Assembly: GCA_964493625.1 (NCBI GenBank)
Contig: CAZBOU010000001.1
Span: 143,922 to 207,921, forward strand
Reading direction: 5' to 3'
Length of the DNA: 64,000 nt
Source of the DNA: an uncultured Caldisericota bacterium
GTDB lineage: Bacteria; Caldisericota; Caldisericia; UBA6126
The notes under the pieces are model-generated. The model had not been told where the DNA came from. It saw only the letters and a list, made by a program, of their open reading frames with translations, and did not search any database. Position numbers and translations under genes: made by a program. This document shows, one piece after another, positions 19,087-28,837 of the stretch (positions within the stretch are counted from its first letter, which is position 1; every line of letters begins with the position of its first letter).

Positions 19087-21083
19087 GTGATAAGAAAGTT
19101 CGAGTGTACGAACTAGCAAAAGAATTGGGTGTTACCTCCCAAGCTTTAATGGTGATTTTAAAAGATTTAGGGGAGTCTGTCAAAAGCTACTTGTCAACAA
19201 TTGAGCAAGAAACAGCTGAAGCAGTACAAGAGATTGTACATTCTCAAAATGAAGAAAGAAAAAAGAAAAAACAAGAAGAAGCCCTAAAAAAAGGGATTCC
19301 TATTACAGCAACTGAGAAATCTACTCAAAAAGAAACACAAGAAGCAAGTCAAGAAGAAGCTCAAAAAGAGCAAAAAGCAAACGAGGAAGTTGTTTATTTC
19401 AATGCAGACCAAATGTGCCGATTGCTTCATATTGAATACCCCGTGTTGCAAACTAGGCTATTGAAATATGGGATTGTTTCCTATTCTCCCAAAGACCCCG
19501 TCCCTGGTTTTGCTGTCAAATCCTTGTGTGAAATATACGAAATACCCCTAGAATACAACGTTGACGAAACTATTGACCATCGTTTTTTCAAGCCAAGAGC
19601 TCCTGTTATTACCATTATGGGCCATGTTGACCATGGAAAAACAACTCTTTTGGATTATATTCGTAAAACCCGCGTAGCCGATAAGGAATTGGGCGGAATT
19701 ACACAAGCTATTGGTGCATATAGCGTTGCATGCAATGAAAAGCAGATTGTTTTTATTGACACTCCTGGTCACGAAGCTTTTACCGCTATGCGTGCAAAAG
19801 GTTCTGAAATTACAGATATTGTTGTACTCATCGTTGCAGCAGAAGATGGCATTAAAGAAACAACTCTTGAGGCTATTGATCATGCAAGAGCAGCCAAGGT
19901 CCCCATTATTGTTGCCATTAATAAAATTGATTTGGACAACGCAAACATTGAAAGAGTAAAAACGCAATTGGCAGAACATGGCTTGAATCCAGAAGAGTGG
20001 GGCGGGGACACCATTGTTGTTCCCATATCAGCCAAAAAAGGAATTGGAGTGGATGATCTTTTGGAGATGATTCTTCTAAAAGCCGAAATGATTGAGCTGT
20101 ATACAAGCACATTGGCTGATTTTGCAGGAACGGTCATTGAATCCAATATAACAAAAACATTTGGATCGCAAGCTACCATTATTGTTCAAACGGGCACTCT
20201 TCGAAGAGGAGATGTGATGACAATTGATGGAGAAACAGAATACAAAATTCGCGTTTTAAATGACGATCTTGGTACAACTATTAAAAAGGCAGCTGCCCTT
20301 ACGCCTGTGAACGTAAAAGGCTTGCCCGAAATACTCAAGCCAGGTTCTGTTGTTCATGCTGCGAAGAATTTTATACCCTACGAAGAAAAAGAAGTTCCTA
20401 CGAAAACAGAAGAACCTGTTTCTCAAGAAGAGGAAGCAGATTGGGCCGAAGATTTCTTATCAGAAAAAGAAACAGTGGAACAGTTCAATATTATTATCAA
20501 AGCAGATGGAGACGGTACCCTTGATGCTTTGCAAGTAGCTCTTGATAAGATCAAAGTAGAGGGTGTTGAACTGAATATCGTTCGGCAGGGCGTTGGTATC
20601 ATTACAGAAGACGATATTCTTTTGGCTTCTGTCAGCAATGCAAACATTTATGGCTTCAATAGCACAGCTAGCCCGGGAGCACGAGCAGAAGCCAAAAACA
20701 AGTCTATTCGACTAAAAACGTACCGGATTATTTTTGAGCTTCTAGACGACATCAAAGCTGGCATGAAAGGTGTTCTTGCCCCCGAAGAAACAGAAGAAGT
20801 GCTTGGAACAGCTGAAGTGAAACAAGTGTTTAAGGTACCTAGAGCTGGTTCCATTGCCGGGTGTATTGTTCGATCAGGTATCATCAGAAGAAATGCCAAA
20901 GCTCGTATTATTCGAGATCGTGCCATCATTTTTGAATCAAAAGTTTCTTCGCTAAAACGCTTTAAAGAGGATGCCAAAGAAGTTCGTGAAGGATATGAAT
21001 GCGGCATTGGCATAGAAAACTTTAACGACGTGAAAGCAGGCGATACAATTGAGGTTTTCCAAATGGTGGAAAAACCACAATAA
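19083..21083 (+). CDS. infB: Translation initiation factor IF-2
   Basis: G-domain motifs GHVDHGKTTLLD, DTPGHEAF, NKID. N-terminal VRVYELAKELG. 4-nt overlap with nusA. Confidence 0.97.
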   Translation: MSDKKVRVYELAKELGVTSQALMVILKDLGESVKSYLSTIEQETAEAVQEIVHSQNEERKKKKQEEALKKGIPITATEKSTQKETQEASQEEAQKEQKANEEVVYFNADQMCRLLHIEYPVLQTRLLKYGIVSYSPKDPVPGFAVKSLCEIYEIPLEYNVDETIDHRFFKPRAPVITIMGHVDHGKTTLLDYIRKTRVADKELGGITQAIGAYSVACNEKQIVFIDTPGHEAFTAMRAKGSEITDIVVLIVAAEDGIKETTLEAIDHARAAKVPIIVAINKIDLDNANIERVKTQLAEHGLNPEEWGGDTIVVPISAKKGIGVDDLLEMILLKAEMIELYTSTLADFAGTVIESNITKTFGSQATIIVQTGTLRRGDVMTIDGETEYKIRVLNDDLGTTIKKAAALTPVNVKGLPEILKPGSVVHAAKNFIPYEEKEVPTKTEEPVSQEEEADWAEDFLSEKETVEQFNIIIKADGDGTLDALQVALDKIKVEGVELNIVRQGVGIITEDDILLASVSNANIYGFNSTASPGARAEAKNKSIRLKTYRIIFELLDDIKAGMKGVLAPEETEEVLGTAEVKQVFKVPRAGSIAGCIVRSGIIRRNAKARIIRDRAIIFESKVSSLKRFKEDAKEVREGYECGIGIENFNDVKAGDTIEVFQMVEKPQ

Positions 21084-21084
21084 T

Positions 21085-21372
21085 ATGGCCACCGAGATTG
21101 CTCTTCTCACTATAGAGATGAGATTGCCTGGAGTGCAAAGTTTAAAAGAAAAAAGAAGAATTCTTCAGTCCATGATACGAAAACTGAAGTCGAAGTTTAA
21201 TGTGGCAATAAGCGAAACAGATTTGCATGATACATGGCAAAGAGCTGAATTATCTATTGTGTCAATCAACACCCAATGGAATGAGCTGCAGCGCACAATT
21301 GGTTACATACAAAACTGGATTCAAAGCCAATATGAAGTTGAAGTGATTGAAGATAGGATTGAGAGATTATGA
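21085..21372 (+). CDS. DUF503 (YlxP-like) protein
   Basis: MATEIALLTIEMRLPGVQSLKEKRR matches the DUF503 pattern, and the gene has the conserved infB-rbfA position. The start is moved to ATG 21085, one nt after the infB stop; the track start at 21049 lies inside infB. Confidence 0.8.
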   Translation: MATEIALLTIEMRLPGVQSLKEKRRILQSMIRKLKSKFNVAISETDLHDTWQRAELSIVSINTQWNELQRTIGYIQNWIQSQYEVEVIEDRIERL

Positions 21373-21785
21373 AAAGTTATCATAAAGAAAAATTAGAAAA
21401 ACGAATCCGAGAAGCACTGAGTCAAATTTTAGTATATGATATTGAAGATCCAAGATTGCAGTCCTGTTTAGTGAATCGCGTGGTGTGTTCAAGAGATTTT
21501 CGCCTTGCAAAAATATACATTAGCTTTTTTGGTGGACCGGAAGCAGAAAAATCTGGACTTCAAGCCCTTCGGAGTGCCTCGAAATTCATCCAAACCAATC
21601 TAGCTTCCAAAATCCAAGTACGATTTGTACCCCTGTTATCCTTTTTTGTTGAAGAAGATCCAGACAAAAGTTTGCAATCTATGAAACGAGTATCGAAAGT
21701 ATTGGAGGAAGAATCAAACCTGTCTTCCCAAAAGACTGATGAATTGGGAAGCGAAGAGGATGAGATTCAAGAGGATTCACCCTAA
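21369..21785 (+). CDS. rbfA: Ribosome-binding factor A
   Basis: RbfA-like N-terminus (KLEKRIREALSQIL..DPRL), synteny, and an ATGA overlap with the DUF503 gene. Confidence 0.88.
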   Translation: MKSYHKEKLEKRIREALSQILVYDIEDPRLQSCLVNRVVCSRDFRLAKIYISFFGGPEAEKSGLQALRSASKFIQTNLASKIQVRFVPLLSFFVEEDPDKSLQSMKRVSKVLEEESNLSSQKTDELGSEEDEIQEDSP

Positions 21786-21789
21786 CGAT

Positions 21790-22752
21790 ATGTTTCGATT
21801 TTTTTCCACCATAGACCCTTCTACTCATATTCTTCTATGCACACACGAAAATCCTGATATTGATGGAGTAAGCTCATTAGGAGTTTTATTTCACTGGCTT
21901 ACATCCAAAGGCTTTTCAGTGCAAAGTATTATTCAACCTCCCATACCAGGAGAACAATATCTTCATGGTGTTTCTACAGCCTCAACGGATCCTTCCTTGT
22001 TGCAATTGCAAAAAACTCCTGTAGTCGTTTCACTAGATTGTGCTACGTCTGAAAGAATATGGCCCCAATCGATTCTCTCCAATGCAAATATGTGCGTGAA
22101 TATAGATCATCATATTGACAATCCTATGTTTGGTGATCAGAATTACGTAGATCCCGCCTTATGTTCCACTGCTGAACTAATGTATACAGAATTAAAAAAA
22201 GTAGAATCTGAGCTACCTCTGGAGATACTAGAAAACTGCTATGCAGGTATTTTATTTGATACCGGGGGATTTCGTTATAGCAATACAACCGCATCGACCC
22301 TTCAACATGCAAAAGAGTTGGTACAACGGGGTGTTCATCCTGCTATCATGGCACAAAATGTATTTCAGTCCTATACAAGTCAAACATTCCAGGCATTACA
22401 GTGTGCTTTGCAAAATTGTATGTACGAGAAACAGACGCCTTCTTATGTTTTTACCTATGTATCCAATCACATGATTCAAGAGCATCAGCTAGCTTCCCAT
22501 GATTTTGAAGGAGTTATTGATATTCTACGGTTGCACCAAAGCACCGATATCGTTGTTCTTGTAAGAGAATTGGAACCAAATCAATGGAGAGGAAGCATCC
22601 GAAGCGTTGAACGCTATTCCATACTTGGCATTGCACACTCTTTTCTTGGAGGTGGACACCACAATGCTGCAGGATTTTCTTTCCAGGGAACATTGCCCGA
22701 ACTACAGAAACGAATACTAACTCAAATTTCATCTCTTCCCAATTACGACTGA
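21790..22752 (+). CDS. nrnA: DHH-family phosphoesterase (NrnA-like oligoribonuclease/pAp phosphatase)
   Basis: DHH motifs HENPDIDGVSS, NIDHH and GGGHHNAAG. The start is set at ATG 21790, just after the rbfA stop; the track start at 21739 overlaps rbfA. Confidence 0.8.
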   Translation: MFRFFSTIDPSTHILLCTHENPDIDGVSSLGVLFHWLTSKGFSVQSIIQPPIPGEQYLHGVSTASTDPSLLQLQKTPVVVSLDCATSERIWPQSILSNANMCVNIDHHIDNPMFGDQNYVDPALCSTAELMYTELKKVESELPLEILENCYAGILFDTGGFRYSNTTASTLQHAKELVQRGVHPAIMAQNVFQSYTSQTFQALQCALQNCMYEKQTPSYVFTYVSNHMIQEHQLASHDFEGVIDILRLHQSTDIVVLVRELEPNQWRGSIRSVERYSILGIAHSFLGGGHHNAAGFSFQGTLPELQKRILTQISSLPNYD

Positions 22753-22762
22753 AAGGAACCGG

Positions 22763-23485
22763 ATGAAATCTATCTATTTTCCAACCCCTCATCCAAACGT
22801 TTCCGGACTCCTACTTGTCAACAAACCCAAAGGAATCACTTCCTTTGATGTCATTCGAATCCTGCGATCGAGGACGGGTCTTTCAAAAATGGGACATGGA
22901 GGAGTGTTAGACAAAAATGCAACAGGTCTTCTTGTTGTAGGGGTGGGAAAAGCAACCAAAAAAATGGCACTTCTATTAGAAGGATCCAAAAGTTACACCT
23001 GTTCAATCGTCATAGGAGCAGGTTCCGATACACATGATTGGCGAGGGCATCGTTGGACGTTTAAGCCTGTACCCGCAGATATTACCCCTCTCCGCGTCAA
23101 AGAGCTTTTGGCGGAAAAATTTACAGGCACTATTCAACAGAAACCACCCCTATATGCAGCCTTGAAAAAAAATGGTAAAAAATATTATCAATATGCTCTT
23201 TCTGGAGAATCCTTGGATATTGAAGAGAGAGAAGTGACTATTTCCTCCCTTCGGTTTGTTTCCTATATCCATACCTCCTATCAAGCACAAATGGTTCTCT
23301 CTGTTACATGCTCCAAAGGAACCTATATACGATCCCTGGCCCGTGATATTGGATTGGCATTAGGATCTGTTGGCGTTGTAAAAGATTTGTGCAGAACGCA
23401 TATTGGAAACTATTCACTTGCTCAGGCTATTCCACTTTCTCATCTTACTTCCTTAGAAGATGTACAGAAAGCCGTAATATCATGA
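22763..23485 (+). CDS. truB: tRNA pseudouridine-55 synthase
   Basis: GLLLVNKPKGITSFDV and GHGGVLDKNATGLL (catalytic Asp context), plus synteny. Confidence 0.93.
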   Translation: MKSIYFPTPHPNVSGLLLVNKPKGITSFDVIRILRSRTGLSKMGHGGVLDKNATGLLVVGVGKATKKMALLLEGSKSYTCSIVIGAGSDTHDWRGHRWTFKPVPADITPLRVKELLAEKFTGTIQQKPPLYAALKKNGKKYYQYALSGESLDIEEREVTISSLRFVSYIHTSYQAQMVLSVTCSKGTYIRSLARDIGLALGSVGVVKDLCRTHIGNYSLAQAIPLSHLTSLEDVQKAVIS

Positions 23486-24405
23486 TCCAGAAACAAATTG
23501 GGTGCATTGGTAATTTTGATGGGGTTCATTTGGGTCATCAAGAACTGATCCGAACGACGCAATGCATTGCAGAAAAAGAGCAATTAAAACCCATCCTTAT
23601 TACATTTCAAACCCATACAAAAATGCAAGATGAGGGTTCCTACCTGACTACATCCAATGAAAAAAGCCATATTATTCACAATATAGGTATTGAGAAGGTT
23701 GTCCAACTTGATTTCCCTGGCATCATAGCCAATATGACTCCCGACGAATTTGTAGAGCATATTTTAATACATTCCTTGCAAATGACACATGTAATTGTCG
23801 GAGAAAATTTCTGTTTTGGGAAAAATCGCTCTGGAAATAGTTCTACCTTGCAAAAGATTGGAAAAGAGAGAAACATTGGAGTTACAATCGTTCCTTTGGC
23901 AACCTACCAAGATTCACCTATTAGTAGTACCAATATTCGCAAAGCAATTGATGAAGGGAATATGGAGAAATCCAATGCTATGTTGGGGTATCCTTTTTTT
24001 AATCAAGGCATTATAGTACCAGGCAAAAAGAGGGGTCGAACGATGGGAATTCCTACTGCGAATTTGCATCCTCGCAACGCAATGAAGAAGAATCCAAAAG
24101 AAGGAGTGTATATTACTCAAATACTCCTAAACGACCAGTTGTTCCCGTCCATTACGCATAGTGGACCAAAGCCCACATTTCAAGAAACGGATGCCGGGAT
24201 TGAAACGTTTCTTCTTTCTCATAGTGGTAACTTTTATTCTCAACGATTTGTGGTTCTATGGCTCAAACGATTGCGAGATGTATGTTGCTTTGATTCGGAA
24301 AAAGAATTGGTGCAACAAATCCAAAAGGATATCCAAATGACAAAAGATTATTTTGCCGCCAATGAATCGCTTTCCGAACTGCCTACGATTCTGAAAAGGT
24401 TGTAA
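23482..24405 (+). CDS. ribF: Bifunctional riboflavin kinase / FAD synthetase
   Basis: GNFDGVHLGHQ (adenylyltransferase) and GRTMGIPTANL (kinase). The start is at the ATGA overlap with the truB stop; the track start at 23389 is an in-truB extension. Confidence 0.93.
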   Translation: MIQKQIGCIGNFDGVHLGHQELIRTTQCIAEKEQLKPILITFQTHTKMQDEGSYLTTSNEKSHIIHNIGIEKVVQLDFPGIIANMTPDEFVEHILIHSLQMTHVIVGENFCFGKNRSGNSSTLQKIGKERNIGVTIVPLATYQDSPISSTNIRKAIDEGNMEKSNAMLGYPFFNQGIIVPGKKRGRTMGIPTANLHPRNAMKKNPKEGVYITQILLNDQLFPSITHSGPKPTFQETDAGIETFLLSHSGNFYSQRFVVLWLKRLRDVCCFDSEKELVQQIQKDIQMTKDYFAANESLSELPTILKRL

Positions 24406-24451
24406 TTATCTTTCGTTATTCATCCTGACAATTCTTACGGTAGTTAGTTAA

Positions 24452-26920
24452 TTACCTATCATCCTGATGGTCTAGCAGGTCTTTTTCTACTTCAAGTTCT
24501 TCCTCGGTATAGGACTGTTTCCCCTTGTTGTTTTTTGATGCTGTACTGTCCTTTTTGGGGGGAGAGGTTTTCTTTGCTGGATTCTGATCATTCCCTTCAT
24601 CCTTTGGGGTGTTTGTAGAATCTTTATCGCTAGGATCTTTTTTTTCTGTATCTGGCCAAAACTTTTTTTCAAGAGTAGGTATAAGTGTTTTCTCTAAAAA
24701 CCGTTTGTTTATCTGTTTGTTGGAGTCGTAGATGATCTGTCCTTTAGAGACAGCAATTTGAATATCTTCATCGGTAGGAAAACCATTCACAAAATGATCA
24801 CCAGCGATGGGGTAGGGATCAATACCTGGAAAAGGAAGATCTTTTTGTTTTTGAAAGGAATTCTTTTGCTGATCTTTTTCAGGAGCCTCTTTTGGAGGTG
24901 CATCTTGTGTAGGGGTAGGGGATGTAGAAGCTTGACTAGAAGCTGCATTTTCTTTTTCCTTCTTTTCTTTTTCTTCCCTTTCTTCTCTTTCCTTCGTTTG
25001 TTTAATAGTGTATTCTTCAAACAAAGGATTCTTGGACTTTTCTTCGGGGGTTAATTCTCGAATTTGACTCAAAATTTTTTCTAATTCCATTCCACTCACC
25101 GTTTCTTTCTCAATCAGCATTTCAGCAATGATTTTAATTTCTTTGTGTTTTTCTTCAACAATCTTTTTGGCATTTTCATATGCTTCGTCAATTAAAACTT
25201 TTATTTCTTGATCAATAGATTGACCTGTTTCCTCGCTATAATCTCTTTCAGAGGTGAGTGACTTACCAAGGAAAATGGCTCCCCCCTCTTTGCCAAAAGT
25301 ACGTTGTCCAAGTTTCGAACTCATACCAAATTTCGTAACCATGTTTGTAGCTACTTCTGTAACTTTTTCTAGATCGTTAGCTGCACCAGTAGAAACATCG
25401 TGTAAAAAGAACTCTTCCGAAGCTCTTCCGCCAAGTAAACCAGATAGTGTGTGAATAAGCTCGGTTCGAGTTCGCAAGAAGCGATCTTCGATAGGAAGCT
25501 GCATTGTATAGCCCAATGCTCTTCCCCTAGACACTATCGAAATCTTATGAACAGGTTCGAGCTCTTTGTAATATCGAAGAACAGCCGCATGACCTGTTTC
25601 GTGTAATGCAATAGCCCATTTTTCTGGAGGTGTGATCTGACGACTTCTCTTTTCAGGACCCGCCACAATGCGGTCTATGGAATCTTCAATCTCATCGTGG
25701 TGGATATACTCTTTGCTTCTCCGAGCAGCCAATATGGCTGCTTCATTGAGTAGGTTTTCCAGGTCTGCTCCTGTAAAGCCGGCTGTTTGTTTTGAAATAA
25801 TGGGAATATTCACATCTTTTCCCAGAGGTTTGTTTCGTGCATGAAGGGTGAGAATATCTTGTCTTTCAGAGGCATCTGGGAGATCAATGAACATTTGTCG
25901 ATCAAAGCGACCAGGTCGCAGAAGTGCAGGGTCTAGAATATCGGGTCTGTTTGTGGCTGCAATAATAATAACACCTGAGTTAGCAGCAAAACCATCCATC
26001 TCTACCAAAATCTGGTTCAGGGTTTGTTCTCTTTCATCGTGTCCACCCCCAAGGCCAGCTCCTCTTTGTCTGCCTACTGCATCGATTTCATCGATAAAAA
26101 TAATGGCAGGAGCGAATTTTTTTGCTTGGGTAAACAAATCTCGCACTCGAGATGCGCCAACTCCAACAAACATTTCAACAAATTCAGATCCAGAAACCGT
26201 AAAGAAGGGTGCTTTTGCTTCTCCCGAAATGGCTCGTGCAAGCAATGTTTTGCCACACCCAGGAGGCCCTACCAGCAGGATCCCTTTTGGTATTTTAGCG
26301 CCAATCTTTTTAAATTTGTCGGGACTCTTCAAAAAGTCAATAATTTCCTGTACTTCCGTTTTTACTTCATTGAGGCCGGCAACATCCTTTAATGTAACGC
26401 GAGGATGATTGTCCATAAATAGCTTTGCAGTACTTTTGCCAAAATTGAATACTTGTCCCCCACCACCACTTTGCATACTTCTGCTAAGCAAAATCCAGAA
26501 GAGAAAAATGATTAAAATTGTGGATCCAAAATTGAGTACATATCCCCATATTTCAGAATTGTTTGGAATCACCATGTTGGTGGGAATATCATTTTCCACA
26601 AGAATAGAGGTAACATCTTCAATTTGAGAGGGAAAAATGACCACTTTGAACTGCACACTACCTTCTACGGTGGCAGGTTTCAAAACGCCAATAATTTCGG
26701 TTTCGTGAACTTTTGCAGATTCAATTTTTTGTTCTGTAGCAAATTGTTGAAATTCGTTGATTGTAAGTTCGGTTGGGGAAGGTGCATTGACAGAGTTAAA
26801 AAAGAAAGAAGACAAAAGAATGACAAGAAAAATGCCAACAATCCACATAAAACTAAAATTGGGAGCTCCCTTGCGAGGATCTTTTTTATAAGGGGGTCTG
26901 GAGTATTTTTGTTCTGGCAT
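24452..26920 (-). CDS. ftsH: ATP-dependent zinc metalloprotease FtsH with long C-terminal low-complexity extension
   Basis: GPPGCGKT (Walker A), IIFIDEID (Walker B), HETGHA zinc site and two N-terminal TM segments. 822 aa, of which the last ~200 aa are E/K- then P/T/S/K-rich. Confidence 0.97.
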   Translation of the reverse strand: MPEQKYSRPPYKKDPRKGAPNFSFMWIVGIFLVILLSSFFFNSVNAPSPTELTINEFQQFATEQKIESAKVHETEIIGVLKPATVEGSVQFKVVIFPSQIEDVTSILVENDIPTNMVIPNNSEIWGYVLNFGSTILIIFLFWILLSRSMQSGGGGQVFNFGKSTAKLFMDNHPRVTLKDVAGLNEVKTEVQEIIDFLKSPDKFKKIGAKIPKGILLVGPPGCGKTLLARAISGEAKAPFFTVSGSEFVEMFVGVGASRVRDLFTQAKKFAPAIIFIDEIDAVGRQRGAGLGGGHDEREQTLNQILVEMDGFAANSGVIIIAATNRPDILDPALLRPGRFDRQMFIDLPDASERQDILTLHARNKPLGKDVNIPIISKQTAGFTGADLENLLNEAAILAARRSKEYIHHDEIEDSIDRIVAGPEKRSRQITPPEKWAIALHETGHAAVLRYYKELEPVHKISIVSRGRALGYTMQLPIEDRFLRTRTELIHTLSGLLGGRASEEFFLHDVSTGAANDLEKVTEVATNMVTKFGMSSKLGQRTFGKEGGAIFLGKSLTSERDYSEETGQSIDQEIKVLIDEAYENAKKIVEEKHKEIKIIAEMLIEKETVSGMELEKILSQIRELTPEEKSKNPLFEEYTIKQTKEREEREEKEKKEKENAASSQASTSPTPTQDAPPKEAPEKDQQKNSFQKQKDLPFPGIDPYPIAGDHFVNGFPTDEDIQIAVSKGQIIYDSNKQINKRFLEKTLIPTLEKKFWPDTEKKDPSDKDSTNTPKDEGNDQNPAKKTSPPKKDSTASKNNKGKQSYTEEELEVEKDLLDHQDDR

Positions 26921-26922
26921 AG

Positions 26923-27465
26923 TTAATCCTTTTCTTCATGAATTTTTGCAATATAGGGAAGGCATCGATACTGTTCTTTTGCATCGAGTCCATATCCAAC
27001 AACAAAATAATTGGGAATTGCATACCCACAAAAATCTATTTTCAATGGCACTTCTCTTCGATCTTTTTTATCCAAAAAAGTACAGACATATATTTTTTTA
27101 GCACCTTTCAGAGCAAAATAGTTTTTTACATAAACCATCGAATGACCTGAGTCGATGATATCTTCCACAATAATAATTGTGCGTCCTGTCACAGACAAAG
27201 AAATATCTTTCTTAATGGAAATATTCCCAGAACTACGGAGATTACGCCCATAACTTGAAATTTGAATGAAGTCAATGGCGATATCTCTTGGTATCTTGCG
27301 GCACAAATCAGACAGGAACACGAAAGCACCATTTAAAACACCTACCATAAGCAGTTTTTCATTGGCAGGAAATGTGTCTGCTATTTCTAATGCGACGCGT
27401 TCCACACCACTTTTTATTTGCTCCTCGTTTAAAAGAATATCCGAGGGTTCGATGTTCCATGGCAT
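26923..27465 (-). CDS. hpt: Hypoxanthine phosphoribosyltransferase
   Basis: PRPP-binding loop IIIVEDIIDSGHS and tilS-hpt-ftsH synteny. ATG 27465 (GAGG ~10 nt upstream, 1 nt after the tilS stop) is preferred over 27480. Confidence 0.9.
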   Translation of the reverse strand: MPWNIEPSDILLNEEQIKSGVERVALEIADTFPANEKLLMVGVLNGAFVFLSDLCRKIPRDIAIDFIQISSYGRNLRSSGNISIKKDISLSVTGRTIIIVEDIIDSGHSMVYVKNYFALKGAKKIYVCTFLDKKDRREVPLKIDFCGYAIPNYFVVGYGLDAKEQYRCLPYIAKIHEEKD

Positions 27466-27466
27466 A

Positions 27467-28465
27467 TTAAAAAACCTCATTGATTCTAAAATTGATAACG
27501 TTGTCCTCTCGTTCTACATTCATTTTTGGATCCGTGTATAAGATACCATTCTTTGAGGGATGTGAAAGGATAGCCATTCGAATGGTTTCGACGCAGGCAA
27601 AAGAGAAATCGACTCGATGCCCTTGAAGGAGGCTATGGATCTGAAGAATGGATCTTCTTTGCAGAGCTTTGTGCAAAGAGCAAAACAAGGCCTGCGGAAC
27701 GCGAATTCTATGCGATGTAATGTCCCATGATTTCATGGTATCCTGCAATGTTTTTTCAATCCAGTCATTTTCCGTCGATAAAATGTCTTGAAAACGAAGA
27801 ATAGAAGAAGCAAAAGCAGGATTTATTTTGGCAATTTCGGGAAGGATGTTATTTCGCAAGCGATTTCTGGAAAACTGCGTATCCTGATTGGTGGCATCGT
27901 CTCGAAAAGGAATATGGTATTGAGAAGCATAGTCTCGTATCCTTTGTCTAGAAAAACAAAGAAGGGGTCTGAAAATTCTGTTTGTTGGATCCCACATAGG
28001 AAGAATAGAAGACAATTTTTCAGGGCTTGAACCCCGAATAAAATTAAACAAGAAAGTTTCGCTTAAATCGTTTTGACTGTGTCCAATAACACATACATCT
28101 AGGGAAAGCTCTTGGCGGGTTTTTTCAAGGGCGCGTTTTCGAAGTTTTCTAGCTTTTTCTTCCAGACCAGTACCTGTAACCGATTCCCAATCGGGGGGGC
28201 GAAAGTGGACAATGTCATACGGGATCGAGTGATGGCTGCAAAAAGACGAGACAACTTGTTCGTCTTGATCGCTATCCAAACCACGCAAGTGATGATTCAT
28301 GTGAAGGACAGAAAAGGAATGCTTTAAAAGGGCTTGGGTTGAAAGGAAGAGATGGAGCATAACCATAGAATCAGCTCCCCCAGAAACAGATAGTAAAAAT
28401 GTTGTGGAGGATGGAAAAGGAAAAGTTCTGTAATGTGTAATAAATTGCTGTGTTATTTTATTCAT
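27467..28465 (-). CDS. tilS: tRNA(Ile)-lysidine synthase
   Basis: PP-loop motif LSVSGGADSMVM, 332 aa, and synteny with hpt/ftsH. Confidence 0.92.
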   Translation of the reverse strand: MNKITQQFITHYRTFPFPSSTTFLLSVSGGADSMVMLHLFLSTQALLKHSFSVLHMNHHLRGLDSDQDEQVVSSFCSHHSIPYDIVHFRPPDWESVTGTGLEEKARKLRKRALEKTRQELSLDVCVIGHSQNDLSETFLFNFIRGSSPEKLSSILPMWDPTNRIFRPLLCFSRQRIRDYASQYHIPFRDDATNQDTQFSRNRLRNNILPEIAKINPAFASSILRFQDILSTENDWIEKTLQDTMKSWDITSHRIRVPQALFCSLHKALQRRSILQIHSLLQGHRVDFSFACVETIRMAILSHPSKNGILYTDPKMNVEREDNVINFRINEVF

Positions 28466-28473
28466 AAAAAAAG

Positions 28474-28547
28474 TAGCGGCACAGGGATTCGAACCCCGGA
28501 CAACACGGGTATGAGCCGTGTGCTCTGACCAACTGAGCTATACCGCC
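28474..28547 (-). tRNA. tRNA with CAU anticodon (elongator Met or Ile2; not initiator-like)
   Basis: Hand-folded cloverleaf: GGCGGTA-TA-GCTC-AGTTGGTCA-GAGC-A-CACGG-CTCATAC-CCGTG-TTGTC-CGGGG-TTCGAAT-CCCTG-TGCCGCT-A. 74 nt, no encoded CCA. No three G-C pairs in the anticodon stem, so it is unlikely to be the initiator. Confidence 0.85.
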
Positions 28548-28554
28548 AAATGGA

Positions 28555-28836
28555 TTATTTAGACGTAAACTTTATAACAAAATCTCCTGGTTTTGCAAGG
28601 TCCGATTCTTCTCTCGCCATTTTTTCAATGAAGAAATCGGTCTCAGCATATTGAATCTTATCTTGCAATTCTTCAATATGCTCCTGGAAGATTCTCTGGT
28701 CTCTTTCAAGGGATTTTAACTGGGCAGAAAGGTGATAGTATTGAATCAATTTAACACTCATAAAAACAAGGACACAAACTACTACAATGCGGACAACAAT
28801 CGTCAGTAAATCGGGTCTTTTTCGAGTTGATTTCAT
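28555..28836 (-). CDS. ftsB: Septum formation initiator (FtsB/DivIC family)
   Basis: 93 aa: a single N-terminal TM segment (LLTIVVRIVVVCVLVFMSV), a coiled coil, and a C-terminal EKMAREESDLAKPGDFVI motif. Confidence 0.75.
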   Translation of the reverse strand: MKSTRKRPDLLTIVVRIVVVCVLVFMSVKLIQYYHLSAQLKSLERDQRIFQEHIEELQDKIQYAETDFFIEKMAREESDLAKPGDFVIKFTSK

Positions 28837-28837
28837 A

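Noticed and set aside
24880-25030. Polypyrimidine/purine low-complexity DNA (ctttttccttcttttctttttcttccc) resembling a simple repeat
   Set aside because: It is the coding sequence, on the minus strand, for the E/K-rich segment of the FtsH tail. It is in frame with the rest of the gene.
25848-26408. 186-aa and 122-aa plus-strand ORFs opposite ftsH
   Set aside because: They lie opposite the AAA+ core of FtsH, which is unambiguous (Walker A/B, SRH). These are shadow ORFs.
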